From assembly GCA_963710755.1 (NCBI GenBank), contig CAVQBK010000002.1:96001-160000 (forward strand): a stretch of DNA of 64,000 nucleotides, in the 5' to 3' direction. The notes beneath the pieces are model-generated. The model made no database searches, was not told where the DNA came from, and was given only the letters and a program-made list of their open reading frames with translations. Below, one piece after another: positions 9,313-18,151 of the stretch. How positions within the stretch are numbered: the stretch's first letter is position 1; each line of letters starts with the position of its first letter. The position numbers were made by a program, and so were the translations under genes. The DNA is from an uncultured bacterium (GTDB lineage: Bacteria; Oederibacteriota; JAAXVQ01; JAUVAV01).

Positions 9313-9720
9313 TTATGTCAATCCTTTGGCGTGAAAGAAATCAGCATACTTTTTATCGACACCATTGGTATGGGAGATCAGCCAATCTTTTAAAAATTTC
9401 ATAATATCATAGGATAAATCCGCATCACCATAGTCGAACTTTTCCTTGAATTCCGAAACTTTCTGAACAAAGTCCCGATGCTCTTTTTTGTGGTCTTCGG
9501 TCTCAGGATAGGTAAACTGATCAAAATAATTTTCTTCCGTTTTGAAATGAGTGATGGTGTAATTCACCAACTTATTTAAAATTTCCTTTAAAACAATGCG
9601 CTCTTCCCCCTGTTGAATGGCCTCATACAATTCATTCATGACCGTGACAAGCATTTGATGCTCCTGATCAATGGCTGCAATATTCACACTATAAATGTCA
9701 TTCCAAACAATAAAAGGCAT
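9313..9720 (-). CDS. Bacteriohemerythrin
   Basis: WNDIYSVNIAAIDQEH, HFKTEE, HKKEH, WLISHTNGVD; ATG 9720 after AGGAG. Confidence 0.92.
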   Translation of the reverse strand: MPFIVWNDIYSVNIAAIDQEHQMLVTVMNELYEAIQQGEERIVLKEILNKLVNYTITHFKTEENYFDQFTYPETEDHKKEHRDFVQKVSEFKEKFDYGDADLSYDIMKFLKDWLISHTNGVDKKYADFFHAKGLT

Positions 9721-9826
9721 GGAAAATCTCCTTTGGGGCAAACATTTATCCAGCCGAGATCGTTCATGTTTACCCGTATCATGACTGGCTTTCATTTAAA
9801 ATTATCGGACGCCAAGGTGTTCTGGT

Positions 9827-11530
9827 TTAATCCACAAGGGTGGGGGCAAGCAAGACTCGTGCTCTGGCCAGGGCCGCATCAATGTTGGGCGTGACATTCT
9901 CCCGGCCAATTTTCTCCAAGACCCCGGCCTTGTCCATGGCATGCAACGGCTGGGCATGCACGCCCGATAAAATCAGACTGGTGCCTTCGCGCCTGAATTT
10001 TTCCAAGAGTTCTTCCAAAGCTTTCAATGCAGCCGCATCTATGGAAATCACCTGACGCAACCGGAGAATGAAGACGGCTGGTTTTTTCTGTTGTCCTGAT
10101 AAAGCGCTTTTGAACAGATCGACAGCTCCGAAAAAAAACACACCATTGATTTCAAAAACCTCCACCCCGGCTGGAACCTGCCTGTCTTTTACGGCATGTT
10201 GATCATGCTCCGGATCATCTTCTTTCAGAGCATTGGTAATAAATCCGGCTTGAGTCACATTGGACATGCGGTTCATGAGCAAAAACATGGACAAGACGAT
10301 ACCAACTTGAATGGCCACAGTCAGATCGATTACCACCGTCAGGCCAAAAGTGATCAAGAGCACCACGATATCGCTTTTGGGATAGCGCCACAGGCTCTTG
10401 AGTACTTTCCATTCACTCATTTGGTACGCCACCATCAGCAAAATAGCGGCCAGACTGGCCAAGGGAATCATGGCCGCCCATTTGCCGGCCGCCAGCAGGA
10501 TGATCAGCAACGTTACAGCATGGATCATGCCGGCCACTGGTGTCTGACCGCCGTTTTTGATGTTGGTAGCCGTGCGGGCAATGGCGCCGGTGGCGGGGAT
10601 GCCGTGGAAACAAACAGCAACCACATTGGCCACGCCTTGGGCGAGAATCTCTGCATTGGAGCGGTGACGGCGGCCGGTCATACCGTCGGCCACCACGGCC
10701 GAAAGCAGGGATTCAATCCCCGCCAGCAGAGCAATGGTCATGGCAGGAGCGAATAATTGACGAACCGTTTGCCAATCCACATGAGGCAGATGAAATCCGG
10801 GCAGATGGGCCGCTACCGAACCGAATTTGCTGCCTATGGTTTCCACCGGCAGTTTAAAATACTGAACCAAAAAAGTGCTAAGTAAAATCACGATTAATGA
10901 GGCCGGCACTTTGGGAACCAGTCTGGGCCAAACCACCAACAGAATAAGGGACAAAAGACCAATGCCAGCGGCCCAGCCATTGACATGGGTCAGATTATGG
11001 CCGTAGAGCATTACTTTTTCAAAGAACTCTACCGGTAGGGCACCCAGCGGGAGACCCAGAAAATCTTTCACTTGTGAGACCGCAATAATGACGGCAATAC
11101 CGGCTGTGAACCCTATCGTGACCGGATAAGGAATAAATTTAATGAAAGAGCCCACCCGCAATAAGCCGATCACAACCAGGATTAGGCCCGCCAACACCGT
11201 GGCCATTACCAGGCCATCATAACCGTAGCGGTGGATGATGTTGTAAACCACCACCACAAATGCGCCCGTGGGCCCACCTATCTGGAAACGGCTGCCACCC
11301 AACAACGAGATAAGAAAGCCTGCAATAATAGCGGTGTACAACCCTTGCATGGGCGTAGCCCCGGAAGCAATGGCAAAGGCGATGGCCAAGGGTAGGGCCA
11401 CAATGCCCACAATGACCCCACTGTTGAGGTCCTGGAGAAAAGTGCGCCAGTTGTAACCCTCCTGCAGAGTGGTAATAAATTTGGGCAGCAGTGAATAATG
11501 TGGTTTTTGGGAATTCATGGAATGATCCAA
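9827..11530 (-). CDS. sulP: SulP/SLC26 anion transporter with STAS domain
   Basis: ALPLAIAFAIASG, GGPTGAF, IESLLSAVVADG, GAIARTATN, C-terminal STAS domain. Confidence 0.93.
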   Translation of the reverse strand: MDHSMNSQKPHYSLLPKFITTLQEGYNWRTFLQDLNSGVIVGIVALPLAIAFAIASGATPMQGLYTAIIAGFLISLLGGSRFQIGGPTGAFVVVVYNIIHRYGYDGLVMATVLAGLILVVIGLLRVGSFIKFIPYPVTIGFTAGIAVIIAVSQVKDFLGLPLGALPVEFFEKVMLYGHNLTHVNGWAAGIGLLSLILLVVWPRLVPKVPASLIVILLSTFLVQYFKLPVETIGSKFGSVAAHLPGFHLPHVDWQTVRQLFAPAMTIALLAGIESLLSAVVADGMTGRRHRSNAEILAQGVANVVAVCFHGIPATGAIARTATNIKNGGQTPVAGMIHAVTLLIILLAAGKWAAMIPLASLAAILLMVAYQMSEWKVLKSLWRYPKSDIVVLLITFGLTVVIDLTVAIQVGIVLSMFLLMNRMSNVTQAGFITNALKEDDPEHDQHAVKDRQVPAGVEVFEINGVFFFGAVDLFKSALSGQQKKPAVFILRLRQVISIDAAALKALEELLEKFRREGTSLILSGVHAQPLHAMDKAGVLEKIGRENVTPNIDAALARARVLLAPTLVD

Positions 11531-11751
11531 ATCAACCCTGATGATTCAGAAGAGCTGATCTGATGGCTGGTTCAGGGGAGGAAATCCGCTTTCCTATTTT
11601 GGGACAATCTTTTAGACTTAAAAGTGAATTTCGTCAAGATTATTTTCAAATAAAACTACAAGTAGCCAAGGGCCTACCTTGTAAAAAGGTCCATCATGAG
11701 CCGGCTTTAAGCGATTCCGAAAATGGTAAACGTTTTCATCGGCCGCTTAGG

Positions 11752-12567
11752 TCAGATGATGATTTTCCAACCTTCTCTGGCCAGGGCGGTGTGCTTGAAT
11801 TTTTTCTGGGCCGGTTTGAGAATCTTGTTTTCCAGGAAATGGTCGCTATGCAGTTGATCATGATGAAACAAGTGCAGCCGTTTGACATGGGCAGCCTGAG
11901 CCAGCTCCACCCCTTTTTCCCAGGTGCTATGCCCCCACCCCTTGCGGCCATTGGCATATTCCTGGGGTGTATATTGGGCATCATAGATAAGCAGGTCCGC
12001 ATGCTGACTCAGGTTTAACAAGCCTTCATCCAGACCCTCGGCCGGATGTTCCACATCAGTGGCAAAAACCACGCGCGCACCTTGGTGGGTAAAGCGATAA
12101 GTGAAGCCGCCACCAGGATGATTCATAGCACAATGGTCCACGGTGACTTCTCCAAGAGTAATCGCATGTCCCGGTTTAATAACTTTAAATTCATGGGTAC
12201 TGGGCATTTGCTTGAATTCCACGGGAAAGGTCTTAAAGTCCTGTTGGCGATATAAAATGGGTTTGACATCAGGGCTGCCGTAATGAATAAAGCGGTTGCC
12301 AGGAATGAAATTGGGCGTAAAGAAAGGAAAACCCATCAGATGATCCCAATGAAAATGGGTCCAGAAAAAAAATGCATGACCTTTGCCTTTGGCAAATTCG
12401 CTTTTCATTAAGTCCAAGCCTAAAAGTCGCAGTCCCGAGCCGCCGTCCACGATGAACTGCTGAGATCCGCAACTAATGCATAAGCAGGTGGTATTGCCGC
12501 CATATTTGAGCGTGTCCTTACCAGGTGTGGGTAACGAACCCCGAGCGCCGTAATATTTAATAATCAA
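11752..12567 (-). CDS. MBL-fold metallo-hydrolase
   Basis: GARGSLPTPG...YGGNTTC, THFHWDH, TDVEH, GWGHS, FHHD; TTG 12567 after GGGAGG. Confidence 0.88.
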   Translation of the reverse strand: MIIKYYGARGSLPTPGKDTLKYGGNTTCLCISCGSQQFIVDGGSGLRLLGLDLMKSEFAKGKGHAFFFWTHFHWDHLMGFPFFTPNFIPGNRFIHYGSPDVKPILYRQQDFKTFPVEFKQMPSTHEFKVIKPGHAITLGEVTVDHCAMNHPGGGFTYRFTHQGARVVFATDVEHPAEGLDEGLLNLSQHADLLIYDAQYTPQEYANGRKGWGHSTWEKGVELAQAAHVKRLHLFHHDQLHSDHFLENKILKPAQKKFKHTALAREGWKIII

Positions 12568-12678
12568 AACGGTCCTCCCTGATGTGGCTTGGCCAGTATG
12601 AATTAGTTTATTCCCCTTCACCCTGGGGACCTTGCACTTGGCAAGTGAAAGCGACTATCACTAATTATTCCTTTAACA

Positions 12679-12712
12679 TCAAATACCCTGCGAGGAGTCG
12701 CAGGGTATTTGA
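12679..12712. terminator. Perfect 15-bp inverted repeat downstream of nudF
   Basis: TCAAATACCCTGCGA-GGAG-TCGCAGGGTATTTGA; only a weak U-tract. Confidence 0.5.
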
Positions 12713-12771
12713 ATTATCAAGTACCCTTGCTTCAGTGTCAAATAAATTTGCCCAACGTGACAGCGCGGAAA

Positions 12772-13320
12772 TCAAGTGTGGCCAATATTGGATTTGGCCC
12801 ATAGAAGGACTAAAATGGTTTTACTGTCCACAATTTCGCCCTGATTCACCATACGCAAGGCTTTGGCCAGCGTGAGTTTATGAGCAACTAAAAATTCATC
12901 GTCGTCCAATTTTTGGCCAGCACAAGCTTTCAAGCCTGTGGCCACATAAAGATAGATTTTCTCCGTGCTATAGCCCGGAGAAGTGTAAACCCATCCCAGA
13001 CTTTGGAGCTTTCCCGGATAAAAACCGGTTTCCTCCCGGCATTCTCTCCTCGCCGCTTGCCGTGGCTGCTCGCCACGGTTGATCAGCCCGGCGGGAATCT
13101 CCCAACAGTCCTCATTAACCGCATAACGGTATTGTTGCACCAGCAACAAGCGCCCGTCATCCAAAACCGGCAAAATACCCACGGCCGGTCGATGGTTTAC
13201 CACCTCGCGAACATGCAACGCCCCGCTGGGAATCCTGACTTGATCGACCGTCAGGTCCAATATTTTTCCTTGATAGATGGTTTGACGGGCCGTCTTTTTT
13301 TCGCGAATGATATGGGTCAC
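12772..13320 (-). CDS. nudF: NUDIX hydrolase, ADP-ribose pyrophosphatase-like
   Basis: Nudix box GLINRGEQPRQAARRECREETG, VQQYRY, TSPG; GTGA overlap with the upstream gene. Confidence 0.85.
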   Translation of the reverse strand: MTHIIREKKTARQTIYQGKILDLTVDQVRIPSGALHVREVVNHRPAVGILPVLDDGRLLLVQQYRYAVNEDCWEIPAGLINRGEQPRQAARRECREETGFYPGKLQSLGWVYTSPGYSTEKIYLYVATGLKACAGQKLDDDEFLVAHKLTLAKALRMVNQGEIVDSKTILVLLWAKSNIGHT

Positions 13321-13535
13321 ACAGCTTCCACGCTTGCAACAGTGGGTACCAACTCTTTAAGCCGTACTTCCACGCCATGCTTAAGCGTCATTTGCGCCAT
13401 GGGGCAGGAACCGCAAGCCCCGGTTAACCTGACCTTCACCACATTGCCTTCTACAGCCACTAATTCCACATTACCACCATCAGCTTGCAAAGCCGGGCGG
13501 ATAGTATCCAACGCTTGTTCAATTTTTTCCTTCAT
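13317..13535 (-). CDS. NifU/Nfu-type Fe-S carrier domain protein
   Basis: IRPALQADGGNVELV, GACGSCP; ATG 13535 after GGAGG. Confidence 0.9.
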   Translation of the reverse strand: MKEKIEQALDTIRPALQADGGNVELVAVEGNVVKVRLTGACGSCPMAQMTLKHGVEVRLKELVPTVASVEAV

Positions 13536-13840
13536 GATCAACCTCCAAAGTTTCTTACTGATTTTATAACCGCTGTCCAGACCCATAATCCGGACATCAG
13601 CGGACATGCCCCGCAGGGTGCCTCGCCCTTTTAAACCTACAACCTTGCTCCTTTGCATAACCAGAGAGACCCCGGGGACATGATTTCGGCAAAAGAACAT
13701 AGGTTATTATATTACCATAAGTTGGCAGGAAAATAAGGGGCGGCGCTAAACTTTTTTTATTCCTCATTCGTCCCCGCGTTTATTTTTTTTGCGGGATTAT
13801 TTAATTTTGGTGAACCTTCCGTCCTATCCATAACCCTGAG

Positions 13841-14257
13841 CTATTTTTTGCTTGGCGCCGGTGCTACGGTTTTGCGGAAATGAACCCGAACCGACCTGCC
13901 TTGGTCATCCTCAATAACGAGGGTAAACACAGCCTCTCCCGGCTTGGACAGTTGAATCCAGTGGCGGTAATCCTTGCCCTGCCCATAATTAAGCGGCAAA
14001 ACAACAGCCGTCGTCGCTTGTGGTGGCCGCCACCAAGCATTGACCTTGAGATTGGTCAGAATGCGAAATTGCCGATCTTGGATACGAAAAGCAACCAGGG
14101 CTTCACCCACATGCAGTTGTCGTGGTTCGCTGTACATGGTAACCCTAAAAGGACCGGCTACCACCAGCGGTTCCTGGGTTTGCCTGCGTATGGCCCAAAT
14201 GACGGATCCGGCCAACACGGCCACGACAACCACCATCAACCAACGGGTGGTGTTCAT
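13841..14257 (-). CDS. Membrane-anchored hypothetical protein (YtkA/FixH-like Ig fold possible)
   Basis: N-terminal hydrophobic helix, beta-rich body ending GKDYR...LSKPGEAVFTLVI; ATGA overlap with metW. Confidence 0.55.
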   Translation of the reverse strand: MNTTRWLMVVVVAVLAGSVIWAIRRQTQEPLVVAGPFRVTMYSEPRQLHVGEALVAFRIQDRQFRILTNLKVNAWWRPPQATTAVVLPLNYGQGKDYRHWIQLSKPGEAVFTLVIEDDQGRSVRVHFRKTVAPAPSKK

Positions 14258-14889
14258 TTTTTAACCTTCCGGGAAATGACGAAAAGACCTTCGTCGGCAT
14301 TGAGGTTGGGCAGTATATGTACTTTTTCCTTACGCGCTGATCGGCTGCTGTTAAGATATAGTCTTTGTAAAATAGAGATGTTGCGTTCCTTGCAAAAAAC
14401 CATAAAATCTTTAATTGTCAGCAGATGAATATTAGGGGTGTTGTACCATTCAAAGGGCAATTTAAGGGTTTTGGGCATGCGGCCTTTCCAGAGTAACGAT
14501 TGACGCACACGCCAATGGCCAAAATTGGGAAAGGACACGATCACTTTTTCACCAACACGGAGCATTTCCTCGATCACAAAATCAGGACGCACAATCACCT
14601 GCAGTGTCATGTTCAAAATAACATAGTCACAAGAATTATCTCCGTAATCCGCCAAGCCATCGTCAATATTGCCCTGGAAAACAGATAACCCCTTTTGCAG
14701 GCATTCCAGCACCGCCTCCTGATCGATCTCCACGCCCATGGCCTGAACTTGACGTTCCTCAATCAGCCGTTTTAACAAGCGGCCGTCACCACAGCCCAGG
14801 TCCAACACCCGACTTTGTGGCTTGACCAGGGACACTACTTTATCGTAATCGGACAATAAAATATTTTTCCTTAGGCGTTTACCGATCAT
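14254..14889 (-). CDS. metW: Methionine biosynthesis protein MetW
   Basis: VLDLGCGDGRLL, SFPNFGHW, GRMP, WYNTPNIH; follows metX. Confidence 0.93.
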   Translation of the reverse strand: MIGKRLRKNILLSDYDKVVSLVKPQSRVLDLGCGDGRLLKRLIEERQVQAMGVEIDQEAVLECLQKGLSVFQGNIDDGLADYGDNSCDYVILNMTLQVIVRPDFVIEEMLRVGEKVIVSFPNFGHWRVRQSLLWKGRMPKTLKLPFEWYNTPNIHLLTIKDFMVFCKERNISILQRLYLNSSRSARKEKVHILPNLNADEGLFVISRKVKK

Positions 14890-16066
14890 GCGTGCTCACC
14901 ACCGAATAAATATTGTCCAAGAAACTGTCCACAGCCCGGCTGAAAGGCTCGGTGGGGATGAGAAAAGCGTCGTGGCCAGCACTGGACTCAAATTCCAGAT
15001 AGGAAACATCTTTGGCATTTTGGCGCAAGGCTGTAACCAGTTCCTTGGCTTTGCGCGAAGGAAAAAGCCAGTCCGAGGTGAAGGAGGTTACCAGGGTTTT
15101 GGCTTGAACCCGTTTGACGGCTTTTTCCAAGGACCCTTTGCCCCAATCCATAGCCGCACTGTAATAATCCATGGCTTTGGTAATATACAGATAAGTGTTG
15201 GCATCAAAACGTTGCACAAAGCTATGCCCTTGATGGTGCAAATAACTCTCCACCTCAAATTCCTTGGTTAATTCGTATGCATATTCGTCCTTGTTCTGAA
15301 GCCGCCTACCGAATTTGCGGTCCATGGACTCTTCTGATAAATAGGTGATATGGGCGATCATACGGGCAATAGCCAGTCCGATTTCCGGCCGGCAGTCTTG
15401 CTCCAGGTAATGACCTTGCTTCCAGTTGGGATCGGAGATGATGGCATGACGCCCCACTTCATTGAAGGCAATGGCCTGGGGTGACAACGAAGGTGTGGAA
15501 GCAATAATAATGGCTGATTCCATAAATTGGGGATAGCGACAAATCCATTCCAGGGCTTGCATGCCGCCCATGGACCCACCGGCCAGGGACAGCAACCGGG
15601 GAATGCCCAGTTGATCGAGGAGCATTTTCTGAACCCGAACCATGTCGCCGATGGTGAGAATAGGAAAAGTAGTGCCATAGTATTTCCCTGTTTCCGGATT
15701 ACGCGAAGACGGGCCGGTGGAGCCTTTGCAGCCGCCCAGAACGTTGGAACATATAATGAAATAACGGTTGGTGTCAAAGGCCTTGCCCGGTCCAATCATG
15801 AACTCCCACCAGCCGGGCTTGCGGTCATGAGGATGGTGCTTGCCGGCGGCATGGGCATCGCCGGTAAGCGCATGCAGAATTAAGATGGCATTGTCTTTTT
15901 GGGCATTCAGTTCGCCATAGGTTTCATAAGCAATCTGGATTTCTTTCAAGCTCCGCCCGCATTCCAGTAATAATCCGTCCGAAGGCAAGGTGATGGACAT
16001 GATTTTCGTTTCCACCAACCCGACTGAACGGGTGATCACCAAATCAAAAGGTTCTTCTGGTTCCAT
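14879..16066 (-). CDS. metX: Homoserine O-acyltransferase
   Basis: HALTGDAH, GGSMGGMQ nucleophile elbow, RFDANTY, GHDAFL. Confidence 0.95.
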   Translation of the reverse strand: MEPEEPFDLVITRSVGLVETKIMSITLPSDGLLLECGRSLKEIQIAYETYGELNAQKDNAILILHALTGDAHAAGKHHPHDRKPGWWEFMIGPGKAFDTNRYFIICSNVLGGCKGSTGPSSRNPETGKYYGTTFPILTIGDMVRVQKMLLDQLGIPRLLSLAGGSMGGMQALEWICRYPQFMESAIIIASTPSLSPQAIAFNEVGRHAIISDPNWKQGHYLEQDCRPEIGLAIARMIAHITYLSEESMDRKFGRRLQNKDEYAYELTKEFEVESYLHHQGHSFVQRFDANTYLYITKAMDYYSAAMDWGKGSLEKAVKRVQAKTLVTSFTSDWLFPSRKAKELVTALRQNAKDVSYLEFESSAGHDAFLIPTEPFSRAVDSFLDNIYSVVSTHDR

Positions 16067-16125
16067 GGCCTTACTCCTAAATAAAACCTTGCGCGTTAGG
16101 CTAAGGGGATTGGCGTTCGTGGAAT

Positions 16126-16160
16126 AAAAAAAGCCTTTCCTTTAAGAAAGGAGAGGCTTT
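16126..16160 (-). terminator. Intrinsic terminator, expression platform of the SAM riboswitch
   Basis: Minus strand AAAGCCTCTCCTTTCTTAAAGGAAAGGC followed by T7. Confidence 0.8.
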
Positions 16161-16184
16161 ACGGATACACTGGGAGCCGCCTCG

Positions 16185-16299
16185 CCTTATCTTCCGCCAT
16201 ACTTGACGCAGAAATTGGCACCATTGGCTCTTATGGCGTATGCAAAGAGCTGGTTGCCGTGACGTCACAGGGTCTGTCCCTCAGTCACTCTGGATAAGG
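16185..16299 (-). ncRNA. SAM-I riboswitch (S-box)
   Basis: Minus strand CCTTATCCAGAG...GAGGGAC...CCC...GGCAACC...GGTGCCAAT...GATAAGG with P1 pairing, upstream of metX. Confidence 0.95.
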
Positions 16300-16358
16300 G
16301 GATCAAGGGCCTTGGCTGTCCCGATCCGGTTGAGAACAAAAGCATAACAAACCACTGT

Positions 16359-16988
16359 TCACTTGGCAAATGAAATTTCCGACATTTGTTTAAAAAACTT
16401 GCCGAATTGGCGCTGCCGGATTTTCTTGATGGTCCGGGTTTGTACATGATGGTAGACCCAGGTCAACGATGGGCCTTGGGTGCGGTAAATCAAGGTATTC
16501 TTCATTAGTTTGATTTTGATTTGATCGATATGCTGCTCCATGAGCCAGGCTCTGAGTTCTTCCGAGTCGATAAAATAATAGTCACTCGCTCTTAGCCCCA
16601 ACATCAAAGGTCCACTATCGGGTTTATTATTGGGCAGTTCATATTGGCCCAGGGTAGCGCCGACGGTAATCAGTATATGCCGTTTTAATTTTTTCAAGCC
16701 GTAAAACATCATACCCAATTGAGACAGCAACTTGCCTTCCACAAAGATCAAACTGCAAGGCGCTGCCATCAGTTTAAGGCCCAGGTAAATAGCGGTCAAC
16801 CAGGCGGCCCTCTGAATCCAGGCAGGCAGACGTTTAAGCCGCAAAACCTCTACCGGCTGATGCTGATCATCCAGATAGTTGAGTAGTTCCTGTTCCAGCC
16901 ACCCCTCAGGCATCTGGGTGGAGCAGTTGTCATCTAAAACCGCCAAACAATGATAGCGATCGGTCACGGCCATTCCTCCGTAAGACAT
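16359..16988 (-). CDS. Hypothetical protein (weak resemblance to the N-terminal half of GT4 glycosyltransferases)
   Basis: 209-aa ORF filling the space between rhomboid and the riboswitch; DSEELRAWL...IKIKLMKN; start may be the downstream ATG after GGAGG. Confidence 0.5.
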   Translation of the reverse strand: MSYGGMAVTDRYHCLAVLDDNCSTQMPEGWLEQELLNYLDDQHQPVEVLRLKRLPAWIQRAAWLTAIYLGLKLMAAPCSLIFVEGKLLSQLGMMFYGLKKLKRHILITVGATLGQYELPNNKPDSGPLMLGLRASDYYFIDSEELRAWLMEQHIDQIKIKLMKNTLIYRTQGPSLTWVYHHVQTRTIKKIRQRQFGKFFKQMSEISFAK

Positions 16989-17105
16989 TAATCCGTTTAC
17001 CTATGCTTACTATCGGTGTGGCCATGAAATTTTAAAGCGATAAAAGATGGTAAATTAGCTTGAACGGAATCAGGCCCTTGGAGTAAGATGCTGAAAAGCT
17101 AAGGA

Positions 17106-17951
17106 GTGATTCACATGCCCAATTATCATTATACCACACGGCCTCCCAGCTATTCTTTCGGCCATCCCTGGACCCCGGCGATAAAATTCTTAATCATTTT
17201 CAATGCCCTGCTGTTTTTGTTAAAAATGGTGTTCAGTCAGTCGCCATGGTTCAATTTCCTGGGCATTCAGAGCCCGGAAATGTTTACCTATGGCCGCTTT
17301 TGGCAGCCCTTGACCTACCTGTTTGTGCATCATGATTTTTGGCATCTTGCTTTTAATATGTTGGCGTTGTGGATGTTCGGCTGTGACGTGGAAAAAGTCC
17401 TGGGTACTAAAAATTTTTACTATTACTATCTTGCCACGGGCGTGCTCACAGGCGTGGTGGTGGCCTTGGTCGCCCGCTTGGCAGGGGAACACAGCCTCAC
17501 GGTTGGCGCTTCGGGTGCCATTTTTGCCGTACTCCTGGCTTACGGCATTTTATTTGCCGAACGCACCATTACCCTGCTCCTTTTCCTGGTGATTCCCGTG
17601 ACCATGAAAGCCAAAACCATGGTCATCATTTTTGCCATTATTGAATTCATTGCCGGCGTGGGTAATATTTTCGGACAGGTTTCACACCTGGCACATCTCA
17701 GCGGCCTGTTGATCGGCTACCTTTATTTTATGCTGCTCTATCCCAATCAATTGCGTCAGTTGGATTTATTCCGGGGCGTGCGCAGGTGGTGGAGAACACG
17801 GCATATCAAGCTGGTTGATTCTGAACTTCAAGTAGATCAAATTCTGGAAAAAATATCCAAAGTGGGCATCAACGCCCTCTCCAAAAAGGAACGACAAATT
17901 CTTTCCGAAGCCAGCAGACGCCGTCACGATCATCATCCGGAAGATAATTAG
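17106..17951 (+). CDS. Rhomboid intramembrane serine protease with a C-terminal helical domain
   Basis: WQPLTYLFVH, HLAFNM, GASG, HLAHLSG; C-terminal VDQILEKISKVGINALS. Confidence 0.92.
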   Translation: MIHMPNYHYTTRPPSYSFGHPWTPAIKFLIIFNALLFLLKMVFSQSPWFNFLGIQSPEMFTYGRFWQPLTYLFVHHDFWHLAFNMLALWMFGCDVEKVLGTKNFYYYYLATGVLTGVVVALVARLAGEHSLTVGASGAIFAVLLAYGILFAERTITLLLFLVIPVTMKAKTMVIIFAIIEFIAGVGNIFGQVSHLAHLSGLLIGYLYFMLLYPNQLRQLDLFRGVRRWWRTRHIKLVDSELQVDQILEKISKVGINALSKKERQILSEASRRRHDHHPEDN

Positions 17952-18151
17952 GTTCTGTTGGGACGTGGGTTTGCATCCAACCTTGGGCTGCAGGACCCAG
18001 GCATGCCTGGCCCCTGCCAATGCTGTTATGTTGAACAAATCCTGACCAGGCCAAAGAACCCATCACACTGCTCCGGTTTTAGCTTAATACAGGATTCTTG
18101 ATTGACGCAAGCGTTTCGCCAATCTTGTCTGCCAAGGGCAGGCCCTTCCCC

